Shown here piece after piece: positions 59,801 through 64,000 of a DNA stretch of 64,000 bases. Numbering within the stretch: position 1 is the stretch's first letter; each line of letters starts with the position of its first letter. The notes beneath the pieces are model-generated. The model did not search any database, was not told the DNA's origin, and saw only the letters and a program-made list of their open reading frames with translations. The translations under genes were made by a program, and so were the position numbers. The DNA is from Anolis carolinensis (taxonomy: Eukaryota): positions 26,647,190-26,711,189 of the forward strand of contig NC_085846.1 in the NCBI RefSeq assembly GCF_035594765.1, given 5' to 3'.

Positions 59801-61974
59801 CAATGAGAAAAGGGGGGAGGTTGTATTTTCCCCTTCTTTCTCTCCTGCCTCGCAGTTCCTTCTGTTTTTACCCACTAGTAAAGCAGAGCTATTTAAAGTT
59901 TGGATATATCCTCCACACAAAAGAGGAGGGAAGAAAAAAAATCCTTGTGTATATAAACCAAAAGAGGTGTGTTGTGCTGGGTGTGTGTGTGTGTAAGAGA
60001 GACTTTAAAAGCCCACTTCCTTTCCTTGTTATTTCCTTCAATTCTAAATGCATGGCGGCAGTGAAACAGTGAGGACTTCCTTGTCATTAAAACTGAAACT
60101 TGCAAGAGATTAAATCGCAATCCAGTAGCATTTCAGGACTCTTTAATCCTCCATAGAGAAAATTCGCATCAGTCATGTTGGGGGGGGGGGGGAGGGTTGT
60201 TATGTTGCCATGTGTTTTTGGGTAGAGAGTCCTTCCTATGAGATTAAACCTCCTGCAATAGACGGGTGATAGATAGGTAGATTGGATTACAACTTCATTT
60301 GTCCAGATTTGCAACGACATCGCCCTAAATTCAGACCATCAAAAACTGGGCTAAATTAGAGATACATGTTTACAACTTTCAACGCTAGTCCTGACGCTTT
60401 AAGATGTCTCTTGGAAAGGAAAGAAACGGAATGAAGGCGGGCACAACAGAGAGAGACACAGGCCACTCAAGTCTACAGTTGGACCATTTGAAGAAGATTT
60501 CTTGAAGTACAGGAGAGCCTCGAAATAAAGTCAAGGGAGGGCGACATATTTGAGCTTCCCCTATGTGAAGGGAATTGTGACTTGTAGGGGACCTGGTGAA
60601 ATAATTATGAAGCCAATCTCACCCTTTCATTCATTTTTGAAATGCAAGGTATTTTACAGAATTCTGACTTTATAGCAACACCAAAGGCACTCCAAGTGGC
60701 CAGCTACTGATGAAAGGACATTTAGTATAATGCCAAGTTTTTAACTTTGTTTGTGTTTTTAAATACATTACAACTGTATCCTCGATTCGCTTCTGATACG
60801 ATAAATAAATACCGAATTCTGACTTTTGAGACACTTCAATCTGTTCCGAGTTTTGAGACAAAAACAAACTCTGCCGCCCCAAACTCCCTTACTTAGGCAG
60901 GGCTCACCTGATATCGACCGTAGGGCTCTATACCGTATATATCATCTACCCGATGACCAATCGCTGTCGCCTTACCTATTGGGTTTCCTTGTTGAGTGAT
61001 CAATAAAGGAGAATTCTCGGCCGCCAGACCAGCCGCTCTCCTTAACTCTAAACTGTCCAAAGCCCGGCCGCCAACATAAAAACGCAAGAGGGCACAGTTG
61101 TGGGAAGATATACCGACTCTTCCTCCGAGCTCTGTCCTGCGATTCATTCCTCTTCTGGACTTCATAACACGGTATGAGGCCGGGGCGAGCAAAGAGACAC
61201 GCGTGAATATGTAAACACGCTCCCCCACGCGCCATTTCAAGCCATTAGGTTAATTTAATGAGGAAAATCAGGTAGAATGAGTGGAGGGGAGCTTGGAAAA
61301 GGAATTCTCCTTCATCCTGCACTAGGAGTTATTTTTAGGATACTCCGCATAGGTTAGACCTAGCCAGAAATAAGGAGAGGGGGAGTTTTGAACTTTCCAC
61401 CCTCCAAAGATACAGGTTTCCTCCTTCTTTTGCTACCGATGTGAGTGTGTGTAGATGTCCCCTTTACTCGTGGCCACTTTCTAAATTTCCTATAAACACG
61501 CTGGGATGGACTAAACTTTTCCAAAGGAAGCGAGAACCCCTTTTCCATCTCCCTCTCCCCCTTCGCCTCTCCACGTTCCCAGCCAGGCTCTTCTCCTCCC
61601 TCATTTGTGCTTCCACACTTCCCTCTTCCTCCTCCTCCTCTGTGTATTTATTCCTCTTTTTGTTTGAAAAGGAAACTTCAAAAAACGATTCTGGGGATGG
61701 ATCTTATCTCTGGGAGAACGACTATATATGGCTCAAAAGGGGGAGCCTGGGCTGGAAGGTGTGGGTTTGTGTATATCTGAGGTTGAGCTCGGATAGGTGG
61801 GTGCGTTTGGGGGTGTTTATTCCCCTCCCCTCCTCTCTCTCTCTCTCTCTCTTCTCTGTCTCTGTCTGTTGTTGGAAAGTGATGGTTGTTGGTGGCGGAG
61901 ATGCTGTGGCTGGTTTGTTCTAGGGGGGTCCCCTGTGCAAAGCGAACCCCTCCAGGGTGCGATTTCGGCGTCTT

Positions 61975-62210
61975 CGGCTCCTGCGATTGGTCAGCGCCTG
62001 ATCAGATGGTTTTCTTTCCTTATGTCCCTGGTTGGCACGCGGCCATCCCCCTTCAGCTAAAACCCAATCTCCCATATACTGCTAATAGCTAAACCGCTTG
62101 GACTATAAAACGCAACAAATCATAAAGACCCCGGGAAAGAGCAGGCTCTGCTCTTCAGCATTATTATTATTGTTATTATTATTATTACTGTTATTATTAT
62201 TAATTTTCCA
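61975..62210 (+). promoter_or_regulatory. HOXB6 proximal promoter / leader
   Basis: GATTGG and CCAAT boxes, TATAAAA at 62104-62110, and AATCATAAA. Confidence 0.6.
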
Positions 62211-62646
62211 ATGAGTTCTTATTTCGTCAACTCCACTTTCCCGGTGAGCTTAGCCGGGGGCCAGGAGCCCTTCCTGGGACAGCTGCCCCTGTATCCCACC
62301 GGGTACGCGGACCCTTTAAGGCACTACCCCGCCACCTATGGACCTGGGGCCGGCGGCGTCCCAGAGAAGGCTTACCCGGGCGCGCCTTACTACCAGCAAG
62401 CCAACGGAGGGGCGCCTTACAGCCGGAGCCCCGCCGCCTGCGATTACGGGACGCCCCCCGGCTTCTACCGGGAGAAAGAGACCTCCGCCTGCTCCCTCTC
62501 CAGTTTGGACGACCCGGCTCAGTTCGGGCAGGAGTCGGGCAGGAAGTCCGACTGCTCCCAAAGCAAACACGTCTTCGGGGACAGCGACGACCAGAAGTGC
62601 TCGACCCCCGTGTACCCCTGGATGCAAAGGATGAACTCCTGCAACA
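62211..62646 (+). CDS. HOXB6: Homeobox protein Hox-B6, exon 1 (exon 2 outside window)
   Basis: [19 protein letters not shown]...KCSTPVYPWMQRMNSCN. Donor A|GTAAGT at 62646/62647. Colinear position after B7. Confidence 0.95.
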
Positions 62647-62839
62647 GTAAGTTGCCCTTGACTCTTGACTTTTCGGGGACTTGTGACTTTCAGAGGGAGA
62701 CAGGGTTGGGACACATACACACACACAGAGAGACATCTTTGCACCCCATTTCTAAACAGGAAATGTCCTCCTCCCAATCTCACTTCCCCTCCAAGCCAAG
62801 ATAGTGAGTGGCTTGGAGGGCGAAGGAAAACTTTCTCCA

Positions 62840-63248
62840 AACAAGCATGTGGACAATTTCAACAGAAAGGAGGAAACCATGAAAATGAAAAAAATCTGGC
62901 TATCAGTATTTTAAAAAAACTCTAAAATCAGGACAGTTAATAAAGAACAACATTTAGAAACAGGGTAAGTTACCAGGGTAAGTTAACACCTCACAACAAA
63001 AGATTGCCCCAGGCAGGAAGCAGCCAGACCTTGAAGCTGCAAGGCTATTCAATGCTAATCAAGGTGGCCAACTCCAACATTCACACCTGCCTCAAACAGA
63101 CAAGAGGCAGTCCTACCTTGGACTTTTCACAGATATATAAACCCCATTGCGTAGTTTCTAACAGATCTCACAACCTCTGAGGATGCCTGCCATAGATGCA
63201 GGCGAAACGTCAGGAGAGAATGCTTCTGAAAACTCATAGCAACCCAGT
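62840..63248 (+). mobile_element. Penelope-like element 3' fragment in HOXB6 intron
   Basis: KHVDNFNRKEETMKMKKIWL remnant, 3' region and pLTR with hammerhead motif. Confidence 0.8.
63174..63214 (+). ncRNA. Minimal type I hammerhead ribozyme motif (Penelope-derived), intact core, in HOXB6 intron
   Basis: CCT-CTGAGGA-T-GCCTGC-catagat-GCAGGC-GAAA-C-GTC|AGG. Confidence 0.78.
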
Positions 63249-64000
63249 TTCTCCAAACTTTTCTCCCACTTTAGATAATTTCTGTGTCTGTTTGTTTTGG
63301 TTTGTGAGTAAGGGGAGGCGAAGAAGGGTCAGCCTATGCCCCCCCCCCCCTCTTCACTTGGTTCGTTTCTTTCGCTAACTTTCTGCTTCCAAGAAAAGTC
63401 CGGAGACTCTTGATGGAACGGAAAGCCTTGTTAGCTGTCACTCTCCAGGAGTGATTTACGTGGCCTGTCTGAGGTAGTTTTACACATTTCGCACACACAT
63501 GCAGGGGATGGGATCCGGGTGACGCTGAAGTCCCCCTCCTGTGTGATTTTAATGAACCTGGTCTTACTTTCCCCCTCCACCTCTTCCCTTGCCAGCCCCA
63601 AAGAGTGCAGGCTTTAATCCCAGCCGCTTGACTAATGTCAAAAGGTTTTAAATATTTGAAAGGAAAGAGCTACATTTTTAATGAAACTCTGCCATAATGA
63701 AATGCCTGTCTGAAGAGGAGTTGCTCATAGTTTCTCTTTCGCTCCCTGCCCCTCCCTCCTCCTCCCACAAATCCCGCACCTTCTTCTGCTGCTGCCATCG
63801 GCGGTTCCCTCCAGGTGCATTTTATTTTCCATGGAAATTATTTTTAAGAACAGATCAAGACGTGCTAACAGCTCGTCCTTGTCCTCCTGTTCCTATGTGT
63901 TATAATGTGCCTCCAGGCTTTAAAATTCCTGGGGAGGAATGTGAGAGAGAATCGATACACTTCCATAAATTCCCCAATCTATCACAGTTGCTGATAAAGG

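Noticed and set aside
63788-63808. CTCF-like motif in the HOXB6 intron
   Set aside because: It has several mismatches, including the central A of AG; too weak to call.

Overview
This is eukaryotic (vertebrate) genomic DNA: the central part of a HoxB cluster, transcribed on the + strand. It holds HOXB9 (exons 20512-21049 and 25273-25508), HOXB8 (36399-36825 and 39428-39735), HOXB7 (44648-45053 and 49933-50186) and exon 1 of HOXB6 (62211-62646; exon 2 lies beyond the window). The repeats (Sauria SINE, a tRNA-SINE resembling Anolis SINE2, 5S-derived SINEs, an R4/Dong LINE in (TAA)n, palindromic Harbinger-type MITEs, many Penelope-like element fragments) point to a squamate, most likely Anolis, whose Hox clusters are known to be TE-invaded. 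Expected regulatory landmarks are visible: the near-perfect miR-196 site in the HOXB8 3' UTR, miR-196 seed sites in HOXB7/HOXB9, Cdx/Hox motif clusters and a CTCF-like site between B7 and B6. The most notable observations are: (1) Penelope-borne minimal hammerhead ribozyme motifs with intact cores in sense orientation in the HOXB8 and HOXB6 introns, while the sense copy in the HOXB8 3' UTR is core-mutated; (2) a self-consistent two-exon antisense gene model diverging from the HOXB6 promoter with a spliced 113-aa ORF; (3) a ~128-bp element shared, inverted, between the HOXB9 intron and the HOXB7 upstream region; (4) minisatellites and fold-back duplications in the HOXB8 leader and intron and in the HOXB7 intron. 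No miR-196 precursor was seen in the 20.5 kb upstream of HOXB9. All assignments come from reading the sequence by eye; no database searches were run.
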